DNA of 64,000 bases from contig JAAILG010000390.1 of assembly GCA_012026655.1 (NCBI GenBank), positions 1-64,000 on the forward strand, in the 5' to 3' direction. The notes below the pieces were generated by a model. That model was not told the DNA's origin, did not search any database, and saw only the letters and a program-made list of their open reading frames with translations. Position numbers and translations under genes: made by a program. Shown one piece after another: positions 62,404-64,000 of the stretch. Each line of letters begins with the position of its first letter. Within the stretch, counting starts at the first letter, position 1. The stretch comes from Hydrolagus affinis (Eukaryota).

Positions 62404-62713
62404 AAAATAATATTTGCATATAAATTTTCAATGGCCTTATCACATCTTCTAGATGTCTCAAAGTGCTTCACAGAATATACTGTAAAGTAAATTGAGTGCA
62501 TATTTGCAGTGGAAACACAGCTGCCAATTGTGCACAGCAGTGTCCCTGCAAACAGTCGTGGATGGAAATGACAAATTTATTATTGTTTTTGTTGAGCGAT
62601 TATTATCAGGCATATGGAGTAAGGAAACTTGCCCAAGGTTTTGCTCTGCCCGGAATTGAATCCAGGTCTCCCGTTTGTAAGGCGAGCGCTGAACCACTGA
62701 GCTATAGGATTCC
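62404..62713 (-). mobile_element. tRNA SINE, full length
   Basis: Ends 'gaaccactgagctataggattcc'; core 'cagctgccaattgtgcacagcagtgtccc'. Confidence 0.9.
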
Positions 62714-64000
62714 TCAATCTTAATCTTGGGACTCAGAGAAAGTGAGATCTTAAAACACATTGGTGAACACAATCTAATTATCAACAGCAGATATGAAGCA
62801 ATTTTTTCCAATGGCAGTGACTTATTTTATTGTTCACCATTATCTTAATCATATGACTGTAATAGCCTAATGTTTAAAAATAGTTGTGAACTTACAGTTT
62901 ACAAGTGCTCTAATGTCTTGCCCTATCAATGTCTGTCACTGTGACTTTTTTTTCGACAAGATGGAATTTAAAAAGTAAGGCTTCAGAGAAGCACATCTAG
63001 GAATCACTGCAATGCCTCCTCTTACTGTGATTTTGAATAATAATGCAGTCATTTTGATTCATGTAATGAATATGCTCAACATAAATCTTAACTAGAGATG
63101 CATGTATTTCAGTATCTGCTGAATAACCAGTACAATATTTCAATGTGGTCATCGGCTGTCTGTTCAAAACGTCACCACAAGAAGGAATTAATTACCATAT
63201 GAATAAATAGCAGCGGATTAATTGTTAATATTGTACAGGCACCCCCACCCCATTTGAAAATGATAGGCAGAAGAAAATGGACAAGGATTTCAATCTGCGG
63301 TTGTTGATAAAAGATTAAAAACTAATTGGCCTCTCAGGTGGAATGGAGAATCTCAGTTCATTAATCAGACAGTGATTTTCCAAAGGTTTTATAATCAAGT
63401 CTTCCATAAAAATAAGACACTCAAGAGTCAGCCATTCCAATGCTTATCCAGTGTGAATGTACTTCATATTTTGTGTTTGACTATGTGTTGGGCTATGAAT
63501 TAAGTGCTATTCTACATTGATTTGCTTTAGTCTGAGGCAAACAACATTCTGAAGGAAAGGAAGGAGTGAATTGTTACTGCTAATCTTTGAACGTGACTTT
63601 GCAATTTAATAAGAACATCAATCCCTTCACATACCATGCAAAACCTGTCCAATAATGGATTTCATCCTGCTCCACCATATACTATCCTGGGTGAAGATGT
63701 CTGCATAAATAGTCCCTAAATCCCTAAAGCAATAAAGTGACTATTTCGGAATATTCCTCAAACCCCTGATTCATGCCTTCTCTTGACAGATACCATCCAC
63801 CCACTTCTTGACTCCCATTCAGCCTCCATGGTGAACACCTTGCAAGGGATCTGTAAACATTGGATTTTCACTGTTATTGTTTGTTTCTATAACCTAGACT
63901 CAGGGTAATGAATACCAACGTTGCATTATTAAACCCCCCCACCCCCCAATCCCATTGATCCAGTGTAACAAAGCATGAAGTACATTTTCCATGAGGAATT

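Overview
AT-rich, repeat-dense, non-coding vertebrate DNA: a long intron or gene desert. The repeat content (DeuSINE-type tRNA SINEs with L2-derived tails, L2 and CR1 LINE fragments, a shark-type Penelope repeat) points to a cartilaginous fish, possibly a holocephalan. That assignment is an inference from repeat style and was not verified by a search. I could not identify a host protein-coding exon, rRNA, genuine tRNA gene or CRISPR array. The ORFs with recognisable protein motifs are retrotransposon relics: L2 ORF2, CR1 ORF2, plus a Penelope GIY-YIG C-terminus and an L1 ORF1 motif that the ORF track misses. The most notable items are (i) Penelope-associated minimal hammerhead-ribozyme cores (30560-30588 +, degenerate copy 45127-45156 -), (ii) a 646-bp Tigger/pogo-type MITE with TIRs and TA target duplication (9041-9686), (iii) a recurrent breakpoint window in the SINE consensus used by five separate rearrangements, (iv) a SINE whose 3' half is inverted, and (v) a covarying 3' stem-loop shared by two L2 families and the SINE. 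I found no convincing evidence of a wholly new biological system. Boundaries of old repeats are approximate (about +/-20 bp).
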